Assembly: GCA_021613535.1 (NCBI GenBank)
Contig: CP075492.1
Location: 18,290,001 to 18,354,000, forward strand
Direction of reading: 5' to 3'
Source of the DNA: Adineta vaga
Lineage: Eukaryota; Animalia; Rotifera
DNA length: 64,000 nt
The position numbers and the translations under genes are program-made. Shown piece after piece: positions 12,901 to 24,426 of the stretch. The first letter of the stretch is position 1; each line of letters opens with the position of its first letter. The notes beneath the pieces were generated by a model. The model was not told the DNA's origin. It searched no databases and saw nothing but the letters and a program-made list of their open reading frames with translations.

Positions 12901-13745
12901 GATGGATGACCCAGTCACGTCACTAGATGCAAATCGAAAATCAAAGACTCTGCACTTCATCATCAACTTGTTCGAAAGACAATTAGTGAAACAAGTCATC
13001 GTGCTCTCCCATAACGCTGATGCTCTCCGTGACCTCTGGAAACTGGCACAGAAGAAGAAAATAGAGACATCAAAACTGCAGATAAATAAAAATCACACGA
13101 ATCACACATCTCTAGTCTCTGGTAAGGATTCTAAAACGTTTCGGCGGTAACTAGTCTCCTCAGTCCGATTTTAAAGATCTAAAAGGGTACGGCAGACCAT
13201 AGAAGAACATTCTTTTCAAAATTCAAAAGCCTATTGTTTATTAAGTGAGCTTAAAGATTGTACTTCTCTGTTTTAGCGACATGGACCTCGACAACATAAC
13301 GGGCTATCGCTATACGTCCGAACGCCAGTACCTCGAAGAATACTGCGAGCGTCCAAGTGAGCGCCTGCACGACAAGCGAGCAGTTTTCTTCAATATTCGA
13401 TACTGTCTGGAAAAAGCTCTGACCTACAATCCCTTTCTCAAGAGAGCAATGGAGGCTGAGCTGCAGAAACTGCACAACCCAATGTACGGCAGAGTAGTCG
13501 GAGTACTGGAAATCATTTTCAGGAATCATCCGGACTTTCAGACTAACAATCCGAGACTAGAAGCGAAGAAAGCTGAATTGATCACAGAACTTCGAGAGTT
13601 TGGAGCTGTCTCCGAATCCCTACATGCTCAGCCAGATGACCGAATCGACAACAAATCGTCAGCAGAACTAGTCCATCTGATCACGAGAGCATTTGAACTT
13701 ATTGACGATGCTTTTGGCCTTTCCTACTATTTCTTATCGGACTAG
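9960..13745 (+). CDS. RloC/AAA_13-like SMC-type ABC ATPase with C-terminal HEPN-like domain; exons 9960-10701, 12438-13146, 13277-13745 (639 aa)
   Basis: IYGNNGSGKST (Walker A), KVFDEDY, INKYL, LSEADK (signature), IVVMDDPVTSLD (Walker B/D-loop), VLSHN (H-loop), NIRYCLE...SESLH. GT-AG introns 10702-12437 (phase 1) and 13147-13276 (phase 2) give a 1920-nt open frame. Confidence 0.8.
11209..11538. repeat. Long inverted repeat (~140-bp arms, ~55-bp spacer), MITE-like, in intron 1 of the RloC-like gene
   Basis: GGAGCCGTTGAACCAAGATCCGCCAAAAGAACAGAATTTTCC... (11217) is mirrored by ...GGAAAATTCTGTTCTTTTGGCGGATCTTGGTTCAACGGCTC (to 11530). Confidence 0.9.
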
Positions 13746-14507
13746 GCATCAGAGTGAACGCTAGTTGGCAGCGACAGAGGATGAGTATTCATGCTCAATT
13801 TCTGTAATGAACTCAGTTATTCGAATATAGAAGAAACAGCGAGTATCACATAACTTTGCTCTTTTCTTTTAGAAAAGGATCAGCGAAACGATAGTTGAGC
13901 ATTATTGGCGAGTAGTAGATCATTCAAAGATGAGCAGAAAAAGAGTTTTTCAAAAGTGTCCTATATGGGGCATTAGACAGGTTTTTCGCCCAGTTCTTCT
14001 AAAAGCCTCAGTTTGAGTTCTAATATTCAAGGACAAGGTAAGAGAGTCATGCTTCGTTTGATCGTTTAGAAAGCATCGGAGCAGGTTGAAGTACGACAGT
14101 TATTGTTTCGACGAGCAAGACTTTCTACGGTTCTCAGTGCAAAGACAGAACACTTCGAAACCATATCTAGGAACTGTCTTTTCCGCTTACTTAATGACCA
14201 ATGATGTTCTAGACGCCGTTTTGAGCCTTATTCATGATTCTATTGACTGCCTGTGAGAATGTTGCAAAGAAGACGTACTATTTACCCAGACGATGTTTTA
14301 TTAGCGTTCAGCATCGTTCACCTTTAGTCGTCGTTGAATTACTGTTTGAGGGTGAGTGTGGGTGTGTTTAGAATAAATATTTTAAAGAATTCTATTTATT
14401 AATCTATAGGCTTTGTCCACAAAGATACACGTTTAAAATTCCGATAGGAATGTATCCACAAATACGCATTAATAAATACGAAAAATTTAGGGGTGTGAGT
14501 AATACCC

Positions 14508-14551
14508 GCCATGACCGGTTTCGACTGAATTTCACAGTCTCATCAGATAGC
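14508..14551 (-). ncRNA. Minimal type I hammerhead ribozyme (Penelope/Athena pLTR type)
   Basis: Minus strand GCUAU-CUGAUGA-GACUG(UGAAAUU)CAGUC-GAAA-CCG-GUC/AUGGC: full catalytic core, paired stems I and II, palindromic ACCGGU stem III. Confidence 0.9.
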
Positions 14552-14830
14552 TTACAGGTTGAACCTGATTACAAACCTCAATTAACTAAATTTATAAAAA
14601 TCTAGTCAATTAAAATTCCAATCGAATTCGATTGGCTTCTGGTTTAATCCTAAAATCACGGTAAATATTAGCAGAATTGTATAATTGAAATATTTTAAGT
14701 GTGTTATCTGAAATGAAAGAAGCGAATCATTGAATCTATGTCTTTTTAAGAATTGTAGACTCAAATGAAAGATTTTTTTGAAACAAAGAGAAAATTGATA
14801 TACGAAGAAATAGTTATATTGAAAGAATAT

Positions 14831-15413
14831 CTAAAGTGTGGTTGATAGTTTAGTTGTTGACTTCGGATTTTCGCTATCCATATAGACGATTCTATATTGG
14901 ATTTTTCGATGTTTGCATATCCAGTAGCAAGCAACTATAGTATGGCTTACGGTGCAGGCGAAAATAAGTAGAAGATAGCGTGGCTTAGAGAAAGAATTAA
15001 ATATGAGAAGAAAATGAATACTTTTTAGTTTTTCAATAATGATTTCATGAGGAACTTGTGAAAAGAGAAGCAAGCTAATTCTTACAAATTCATTTTATGA
15101 AGGTGAGAATAAATCTGTCGCTATCTTACCAGTCGAACTCTGTATCAAACAACTTGTCGTACAATGTTTTCCGACGCATTGGGTTCAATATATGGTGAAT
15201 CGTATGAAGGAAATTTGATTGAGTTGTTTCGCTTAGATCCAGACTTTGATCCCATTCGACTTTTGCAGGATCATATGTAGATGGGAATAAAAGCAATTTG
15301 TCGATTGATAGATCTGTTGCATCATTCATAAGAGCACGAGTTTCACAATGTCTAGTAAGATAAAATTGAGCATAAAGAGTTATTAGAATTTTTTTATGAC
15401 GGTGGAATTGCAT
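14831..15413 (-). CDS. Hypothetical 175-aa protein with C-terminal hydrophobic segment; 2 exons (15130-15413, 14831-15074)
   Basis: A 55-nt GTAAG...TTAG intron (15075-15129) joins two track ORFs in frame. Confidence 0.5.
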
Positions 15414-17368
15414 TTTTCTATTGGTAAATGACGAGATTGATCTAGAAAGCAGAAAGGAATTTCTATAGAAATGTTAAACAAAGAAGTTTCATTGAGTTTT
15501 ATTATGTGAAATAGTTCTATCGATTTTAAAGAAAATAGAATCAGATAGATATATAAGCGAATTAATTTGGAGAGAAATTGTTGAATTGTAAAAATGATCA
15601 AACAATTGTATATAAATCTACATATCTTGGCGGACCGATTGATAGCAAATTATCATATTTAGGAGTTGAATCTGTTATGTTATGATTATCAGTTGATATC
15701 GTCTAATAGAAAGAAATTTTGAATTATTGTAGTAGAAAAGTAGAAAAAAAATTAACTGACTGAATTATATTCCATGAATTCATTGTAGTTTTTATAGATT
15801 AAATTTTGATTGTAATTGTTTGCTAATGAACAAAATGTGATTGATTTCCAAGTTGTACATATGAATAACCATATAAGTATCAGAATTACTAGGAGTACAG
15901 CGAAGATTTTTAAATATTTGACTAAGTAGAGGAGAAATAAATGTTTATCAGATGTGGAGACATCTAAATCTTTGCATTGATTCACATCTCTAAATGTCAA
16001 TCTTTGTAGTAGATAACATAAATAATATTTTACTAAACAGAAAATCTTTATTTGTGTTTAATAATTCAAAAATAAATCATATATGGATACTCATTTTTAA
16101 CAATAATGCCATTGAGTGATATATAAAAAAGTAATTGATAAAGAAACGAATATTAAATATTGTATCAAACTTGATAATTAAATTGGATTCTGATAGTATA
16201 ATTTATTTCTAAAATATTTCAAAATCTAAGATACAAATGCTAATTAGCGAATATATAAATGAAGACAAACAAGTTATTTTTTTTAATTTTCTTATTATAA
16301 GATGATTTCTGATTTATTTTACAGTTTTGCTTATGAGTTTGAATGTTCATCTGATCATTTCACAGTAAAAGCTTCTTTAGACGTTTATGAATAAGTTCGT
16401 TTCTAGCATCTCGACGATTACGACTACCGACAATCATCTTAACTCCAGCTGCTGGTGTATTCCGAAAGACATTTTCATATACTCCATGCATACCTCGTTT
16501 AAATGTACGAAATCTTTTTCATGTTTGTAATGAATGAAGAATCGATCTTGGAACTGTTGGATATTTTCTTCTATTATATCTAATTGTAAAATCGCGTAGT
16601 TCTACGTTTATCGGCTTGCAGAAGCCGCCGGTGCTAGTCAAATTACTTATTTATTTTTAGTATTTGTTCTATCTGGATGTTTTTAGTGGAGGTAATATTC
16701 ATTTGTTGGGAGAACGAAAAAAGCACCTTTGGACAGAACACGTGTGCACAGTATTATCGATAAGGAGCAAAGGCAAACAACTCAGGTGAGTGCTGGTATA
16801 AACGAGTACGTATGATGAAATGCTTCGAACTTTTCTTACGCAGTTATGTAATATCAGCTTATAAACTGTGTAAGAAATCGAAGAAAAGCTTCAAAAGAAT
16901 TCAGCAGTGTAAAGACGCTGTAGAATTAAATAGCCGTCATTTAAGGGCATCCTACCAGTCTCTAATTTTCCTGCCCGCTAAAAGTGACCTTTTCAATGTG
17001 AGACTTGAGTGATCTCAGACGGGTGCTCCTTCTAGAAGTCAGCAGCTTTTTACTATCCAGATATATGCATCGTTTTTATTTCCCACAAAGGGAAAGACAG
17101 TTCTCCAAAAAAGAGTAGGATAGAACAAGTTTGTCACGAATTTCACTAACAAACTCTCAGCTCCGGAGGTCGTCGAGTCACAGTTAAGATAGCATGGTAG
17201 ATTCAGTGGTTATCATTTCAGAAACATCCAGTCATGTGCGGTCGAATTTGCGAAAACTGTGCTGTTATCTTTCATTTCTATAGGGAAACTGGACGAGGAG
17301 CGGTTTGCTACATTACTGTCAAAAATACATTGTATAACGCTAATCACGTTAATTAAAAGATACATCAA

Positions 17369-18589
17369 ATGCCCAAGAATATTCTTATATCAGGTGCCGG
17401 AATTGCTGGACCCACCGTTGCTTTCTGGCTTGTTCGTTATGGGATGAAGGTCACTGTTATCGAACGATCACCTCAATTACGCTCCGCAGGACAGACAATC
17501 GATATTCGTGGTACAGGTCTTGAAGTCGTACGGAAGATGGGCCTTGAAGACATTATTCGAGCAAGAAGCACTCAAGAAAAGGGTATCAACTTTGTAGATA
17601 GAGAGAATCGTACACAAGCCGCATTTCCTGTGGAGACAATGGATGGACAATCCTTCGTTGCTGAAATAGAGATAGTTCGAGGAGAACTTGCTACATTGCT
17701 TTATGAGCAGACCCGTAACGATGTTGAGTATATCTTTGGTGATAAAATAACTGCCATCGTAGATCGAGATGATCGAGTGCAAGCCAGTTTTTCAAAGGGA
17801 GCTGATCGTGAATTTGATCTGATCATAATTGCGGATGGATTAAATTCAAAAACTCGGGAACTCGTCTTCGAAAGTAGTACATCACCTATTCATCGTCTTG
17901 GTCAATATACATCCTACTTCTCGATCCCGTACGAAGAATCAGATGGCACTTGGTCACGTTGGTACAATGCACCTGGAGGTAGATGTATTTTGCTACGACC
18001 CGATGGTCAAGAAACCAACACAACTCGTGCATTTCTAACGCTCAGTAGTTCTCCAAATGGATTAGAAAAACTCGACATAAACAGTCAGAAAGCAGAGATG
18101 CACAAGTTGTTTGCAGATGCTGGTTGGGAAACACCTCGTGTATTATCTTCTATGGAGAATTCTAGCGATTTTTATTTACAAGAAGTCGCCCAAGTCAAAA
18201 TGGATGTGTGGTCAAAGGGTCGAGTCGCTCTATTAGGAGATGCTGGTTACTGTCCGTCACCAATTAGTGGTATGGGAACGAGTGTTGCAATTGTTGGAGC
18301 ATACATTCTTGCAGCAGAGATTGCTCACCATGAGGATCACAAAAACGCATTTGCTTCGTATGAAACTCTTCTTCGCCCATACATTACAAAGGCACAGAGC
18401 TTGCCTCCTGGCGCGCCGCATTTTGCAACTCCGCAGACTGAGTGGGGAATTTGGATACTTCATAAAGTGCTAAGTGTTGCAAGTTTTGGTATAAGAGTAG
18501 GAGCGGCACGCTTCTTTAGAAAGTTTTTGTCGCCTCCTGCCGAGTCTATCGAACTTCCAACCTATGACACACAGATTATTCGACAATAA
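17369..18589 (+). CDS. FAD-dependent monooxygenase (FAD_binding_3 type), intronless, fungal/bacterial-like
   Basis: ISGAGIAG, IIADGLNS and RVALLGDAGYCPSPISGMGTS fingerprints; 406 aa. Confidence 0.92.
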   Translation: MPKNILISGAGIAGPTVAFWLVRYGMKVTVIERSPQLRSAGQTIDIRGTGLEVVRKMGLEDIIRARSTQEKGINFVDRENRTQAAFPVETMDGQSFVAEIEIVRGELATLLYEQTRNDVEYIFGDKITAIVDRDDRVQASFSKGADREFDLIIIADGLNSKTRELVFESSTSPIHRLGQYTSYFSIPYEESDGTWSRWYNAPGGRCILLRPDGQETNTTRAFLTLSSSPNGLEKLDINSQKAEMHKLFADAGWETPRVLSSMENSSDFYLQEVAQVKMDVWSKGRVALLGDAGYCPSPISGMGTSVAIVGAYILAAEIAHHEDHKNAFASYETLLRPYITKAQSLPPGAPHFATPQTEWGIWILHKVLSVASFGIRVGAARFFRKFLSPPAESIELPTYDTQIIRQ

Positions 18590-18974
18590 ATCATTAATGT
18601 GAGTGTGAATATCAGTTTTTATTCAACTCAAATTCACATTCTGAAGAATTTTATATATCTTTTTTTCGCCTTATCATTCGTTCTCCCTTGTCCGAACAAC
18701 TCCTCCCAGTTTCAAATCACCGAGATTATATTAATTTATTAGCCAGCAAAGGACAACTATGACTATACTAAGCAGATCCCCTCGACACGACATAGCCTGA
18801 TTCGTTAGTTACAACTAAAATCACACACATTTTCAATATTTCAATAGTGCTATCCGTATTTCATAAAGTAAGTTCCAGTTGACTTCATTTAAAAAAAAAG
18901 AAGGAAAAGCCGTAGAATATTAATCAGAGATGTTCAAAGTCAATACGAAAACCACCGACTTGATATGAAAATTA

Positions 18975-19205
18975 TTATGAAGAAAGCAATGAGCTATAGA
19001 GGGATACTGGTAGTTTATGTCCTCTCGTTTGAAGATGGTGACTGCCAGTAGTTGTTACAGTGACATTAATGATTGCATCCATTCCAGGAAGATCATGACA
19101 ACCATAATAATCAGAATCAATATTAATGAAAGTAAAAGAAGTTGTATCACCTGCTTGGGTAATTTGAATATTAAGTTCTCTAGTACCATTAATCCCTTGA
19201 AACAT
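18975..19205 (-). pseudogene. Isolated exon-like fragment, product unknown
   Basis: Preceded by a TTTAATTTAG acceptor; protein-like composition; no partner exons found. Confidence 0.25.
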
Positions 19206-19901
19206 TGTAGCTAAATTAAATACTAATTAATCGGCAACAGGTAGAGCTACTTTTGGACTGAGTGTACTATTCTAAGTAAAAAGTCCGACTGAATCTAGTT
19301 GGATTTCCTTTAGAATAAGTTGAATTCTGAACGATGCAACTGTCAGAGCAACATAAAATAAGCTTAACAAGCGAGTGCGTGCACGATGTAGTACATTGTC
19401 ATCGTGAAGAGTGTGAATGTGGAGATTTAACTCCTCTTGAACTTACCCCCTTTCACACGACAAATAGAACTAGTGATTGAGACTGAGTATGTATGTATGT
19501 ACGACAAATAAGATGTATTCATCTTCGATCAGATTCACTATACCTTGTTCTGATGGACACTACTACTTTCAGATTTTGTCAAAACGAGTGTTAGGGACTA
19601 TGAGCGTGTTTCCTTTTTTTTAAACTACTTGCTATCATGCATATCATAGTTATACTTTTTTGCCGATATTCAGTACCTGGATAGTCTCTCTAATACTTAT
19701 AATATCTTCCGTATGAAACAGACAAGTGTCTTGAGGAAAAATGCTAACCCCTTGAACTACTGTAGACTAACGTTAAACTTTGTTTTCAAGATCATTTTAT
19801 TGAATAGAAAGAATAGAAAAGACTTCACCATATAGAGCTGAAATAGATACATTAAAGGAAAAAAAAGTTGTTCAATGTTTTCTTATTCACAGTTTAATAG
19901 T

Positions 19902-20155
19902 TTAACCACATACGCGAGGAACACCTCATTGACGACACCATGTTTGACAATTGCCAGAACAACAACCAAATGAACCACAGCTTGTGAGTAAGCATTCACG
20001 AGCATCTTTTCCTTTCATATCAGATAATAATGCACTCAATGGCGATGATGGAGATTTTTCTTCTCCGAAAGCATTTACTGCCTCATCACTGATGAGACTA
20101 GCCATCATGATTGTTGCCATAACAAACATAAGAAAAAAAATGTTCTTTTGCGCAT
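19902..20155 (-). CDS. Secreted cysteine-rich (knottin/conotoxin-like) prepropeptide; apparent 1-nt frameshift near the start and in-frame TGA at 19926-19928
   Basis: Hydrophobic signal, spacer, then R-ECLLTSCGSFGCCSGNCQTWCRQ*GVPRVCG-stop. Confidence 0.65.
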
Positions 20156-20745
20156 GTGAAACTTAATCTCATATATGTCAATTACACATTTTGGTTACTA
20201 CGACTTCCTCTTTTTTTGGTTATATTCCGTCGTAAGTAACTTTATACTTAACTTTTTGTGCGACTCAAGTATTGTAGATGACAAATTAAACTGTATCAAT
20301 ATTTAGTTTGTTTCATAGTTTCGTAACAGAATAGAAAGACGAAATATTTAAATTTAGAACGGATTAGTTAATGTCATAGCTCTTCTTTTGTTACTGAAGA
20401 TGATTCAGAAACGAATATGACTTCATCGACGTAAACAGCCTAACTGTTATCAGTTTCTAACCTAAAGGTTCCGCATTCAACAGTCGATGCAATATAGTGT
20501 CGTACTGTCTCAACGGTTCTTAGCAATTGGTGACTATATCCACTACACCCGCACCTTCAAGGTTTTGAGCAATTCTATACTATGTTATTTATCGAAAATA
20601 TTTTCTTTCTATTCTCAATAAACTATATCAATACTTCAATTCACACTAGATTATTTACAGATGAAAGCATACATTTTCTCTTTCTATTGAATAAAAAATT
20701 CGATATATTTGCATAAACAGACAAGTAATGTGTGTATTTGATTAA

Positions 20746-22356
20746 ATGTATATAAACGATATTTATTCGAAAAAAACAAAATACTTCATAAAACCATATC
20801 CTCTAGAAAAGAACAAAATCGTCGTAAAATAATTCATGAATTTTGTTCAAATACTTCTGCTCATGCTTTACCAGGTATTGCACGAAGTGAAAGTTTACCT
20901 AATCGTTTATTTTGGTCGATATCTTTTGTTATATTTACTGGCATAATGATTTATTTCGTTATAACATCCATAATTGATTATTTTAATTATCCAACTAAAA
21001 TTGATTTAAATATTGACAATGAATGGCCACAATATTTTCCTGCATTTAGTTTTTGTAATTTTATTGGATTTCGTTCAGATCGATTTCTTCCAGCATTTAT
21101 AAATTATACTCAATCACAAAATTTCACCACGACAAATGATACAACAACATGGACATCAATGGAATCAATTTATATACGAAGTTTTGCAATATCAAAATTA
21201 AATCGAAATGAATCTATTGAAGATATAAGTTTTTCACTTTCATCATTACTTTATTCATGTAGATTTAATGGTCAACAATGTTCAATAAATGATTTTATAC
21301 CATTTTATTCTTCATCACATGGTTCATGTTATACATTTAATCCTAAAATGAAAACAAATTTTAATCAAACGATTCGATATGGAAATGAAAATGGAGGAAA
21401 TGGTGAATTTACTCTTGAACTTTATATTCATAGTTATCAATATGTTCTATATATTCGTGAGGGTAATTATTGCAAAAAATTTCATTTAAAATTCTTCGTT
21501 TATTGTTTCCTAATAAGGTATTGGAATCGTTGGACTTGTTCATGATAATACTCAATTACCATTAATTGAATTCTCGGGTTTATATTTAATACCAGGAAGA
21601 AGACATAAATTAGGTTATAAGAAAAAAAATACATTTTTTTACCATCTCCATATACGAAATGTACAAAGAAGATTTCTCGTTCGATGGAAATTATGTTTGA
21701 ATATTATCGTGGTGCAGATTATTCTTATTCAACAACAATTTGTACACAAACTTATATGTAATTTCAATTTGCTTTTTTTTTCAAATAAAATCTATTGAAG
21801 GAATTGTTTTAGATATGATAAATGTGGTTGTGTTAATCCTTCTCTATGGAATATTCGTTCAATTATGTTACCAAATCAAAATCAAATTATTTATGCACCA
21901 CTTTGTGAACCAACGAATAATTGTTATAGAGAAGCAACAAATAGTTTATTATCATCGGATAGTTTAATGAATATTTATTGTTCGGATTGTGAGAAACAAT
22001 GTTCGACAACAGATTTTCTAATACAAACATCATCTTTACTTGGACCATCAGAATGGCAAATAAAAAATATTGAAAAATTCGTGAATAATTCCGGTGTTCC
22101 AACACCAAATGATTGGTCAATAAAATCACGTGATTATATTATTAATAATTATGTTTCTATTATTGTTATACGTGAAACAACACTAACGGAAAATAATACT
22201 CAAACATCAACAATGGGTTTAGTTGATGTTCTTTCGAATATTGGTGGTCAAACGGGTCTTTGGATTGGAATGAGTTTTCTTTCTTTAATGGAAGTTATCG
22301 AAATGATTTATCGATTAATTCGATACCAATGTCATTCAATACGATCAACATCTTGA
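20746..22356 (+). CDS. DEG/ENaC (ASIC-like) channel subunit; exons ~20746-21462, 21518-21757, 21813-22356; two homopolymer -1 frameshifts
   Basis: FCSNTSAHALPGI, FPAFSFCN, HGSCYTFN, LPSPYTKC, IGGQTGLWIGMSFLSLMEVIE. Confidence 0.88.
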
Positions 22357-22907
22357 GGGTATGGGTGGGGATACAGTAAGAACCACCCACTCGACGCTCT
22401 CAACTTTCTCGACTCATGACCATTGATAAATCCATTCAGTTGTAACAAAAGATTTATATCAATACCTACATACTTACATTAAAACTCCTACAAATTTATT
22501 CTACTTAATTGTAAACAAATCAACATAATCATTTGATCGAATAAGAAATCAGAAAAAGAAATAAAAACCATTATGTAAGTATGGTTACTTGCACATTTGT
22601 TATATCACAAGACGTATATGATATATTTTTTTAAAACTCTGTTCTTCTATGTTAACTCAGTATGTCATTGACAAACATGGAAGGCAAAAATAGTGTATGA
22701 CGAGAGAAATATTTTAATAGTTGAATATTTATTTAAAATAATGAGTAGGTTAAATATATAGATTTGTTCAAAGCAATCAGAAAAGAAATTAAGCAAAGTA
22801 TATCGAAAAAGTTTTTCAAGAATATTTAAAAATTGTTAAGCAAAAAGCAAAATTAGTGTTCAAGTGTTCAAAGCAATTAATATTTCCAAAAAACAATTTG
22901 ATTATTG

Positions 22908-24426
22908 CTATGCAACAGAGAAATTAATCATTCCTGGATTATTTACCATCAGTGTAAATGGACCTGTTCGATTATTATCATACGTTGTGACAACTAATAT
23001 ATATTTTGATATTGGGCTAATAGTAAAGTATAGAGCAAATTGACTATCACCAGCACCATCATCATTCATAGCTATTCTATCTTGTAATGGAGCAGAAGCA
23101 TTAAAATAGTTATTATAAATATATACAATGGTATTGAAAGTACTATTGCATGAAATTAAATAACTTGCATTCATACTCACATTGACATAAAGTGCTGTAT
23201 AGTATTGGTTTCCATAGACAGTACAATTAAAAGCTCGACAATATGATGAACTGCTTGCAGTCAGGGCAGATGAATATACTGATTGTTGTGATTGTAAACC
23301 TTTTAATCAAATAAATTGAATTCAAATTTTTTTTTAAATAAAAAGAAAAATAATCTTCCGATTTTCTCACCTGCTCTATTGATTTTAGAATAAGCGACCG
23401 ATGCCGGACCAGTAATAATTAATGCATAAGATCCCACTTTTGATGAATAATATGTTGTTACTACTATGGTATATTGGATTGATGCTTGGAGAGTTGCATT
23501 GAGCATAAATTGATCACCACTGCCATTATCATCATCTGATTGGATGAAGTTCAAAGTTGGAATAAAAGGATTGAAAGCATTGTTGTATAGATAACCATAT
23601 GTATCTACAGCACTATTGGTTTCAATAGTATAAAGGCCAGTTTTAGTCACATTCAATAGAAAAGCTTCGAAATAATGGTCTGAAGTCGTACAAGGGCTGC
23701 GACAGAATGTTTGACTGGAATAATTCCAATTTGATGAAAACTGAGTAACTATTATAAAGAAATACTATCAAACATTTCATGATCTGATTTAATTTTACTA
23801 TTCCACATGAAAACTAAGTACGTTCTGGAATATTTTTCATTATCAATACTCATAAATATTCCAAACTAAAACACGTTGAGTAACAAACAAACCTGTTAAA
23901 TTAATCGGCACATTTTGGATTGTACTTGTACTGATCCGAGTTGTGCTCATTGTACTGACCGTCGTCACTGGATTCATTGTAGTTGTTGCGCCATTGATAG
24001 CAGTAGTACTGCTTGCAACATTATTTGTTATTGTGGACACTCTACTTGATGAACTACCTAAAATAAATGATGAACAATCACAGTAATTCTACATGTAATC
24101 GAAGTCGAAAGTCCATTTAGAAGATATTTTTCATATATAGGTGAAAAATATCTGTTTACTGAGACCAACGAAGAGTTAATTAGTGTTAGTTTTCTACTTA
24201 CTATCTCTTGTTGAGGAGGTCATTGATCTACTTTGTTGTATTGTTGTTGTTAGATCTAGTGTAGAAAAGAAAAATGTCATGATGATCAGAACAAAACGTT
24301 ATTACTTGATTCGGCAGCTGAATCAGTTTTTCCTTTGAAATGAAAAACTAATGTAGTGGCAATTGCTGCTACTACTACGACGCCAACAAATGCTAAGATC
24401 AAAGTAATTTTTACAGCACGTCCCAT
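22908..24426 (-). CDS. Type II membrane protein: N-terminal TM, Thr-rich stalk, two PPC-like beta-sandwich domains (multi-exon)
   Basis: MGRAVKITLILAFVGVVVVAAIATTLVF; Thr-rich exons; two repeats of (D)TxxYxYNNxFN...DDxxG..QF...YxxVVTTY; GT-AG introns. Confidence 0.75.

Larger units (their letters stand above)
14491..16000 (-). mobile_element. Probable 3' remnant of an Athena/Terminon-like retroelement; 5' boundary unknown
   Basis: Hammerhead followed by ACTCACACCC tail (14491-14500); co-oriented small ORFs with hydrophobic segments upstream; no RT visible. Confidence 0.5.

Noticed and set aside
6606-14370. Bacterial contamination as the source of the GC-richer block
   Set aside because: Contains phase-compatible spliceosomal introns, eukaryotic MITEs and the host telomere-like repeat; read-level confirmation is still advisable.
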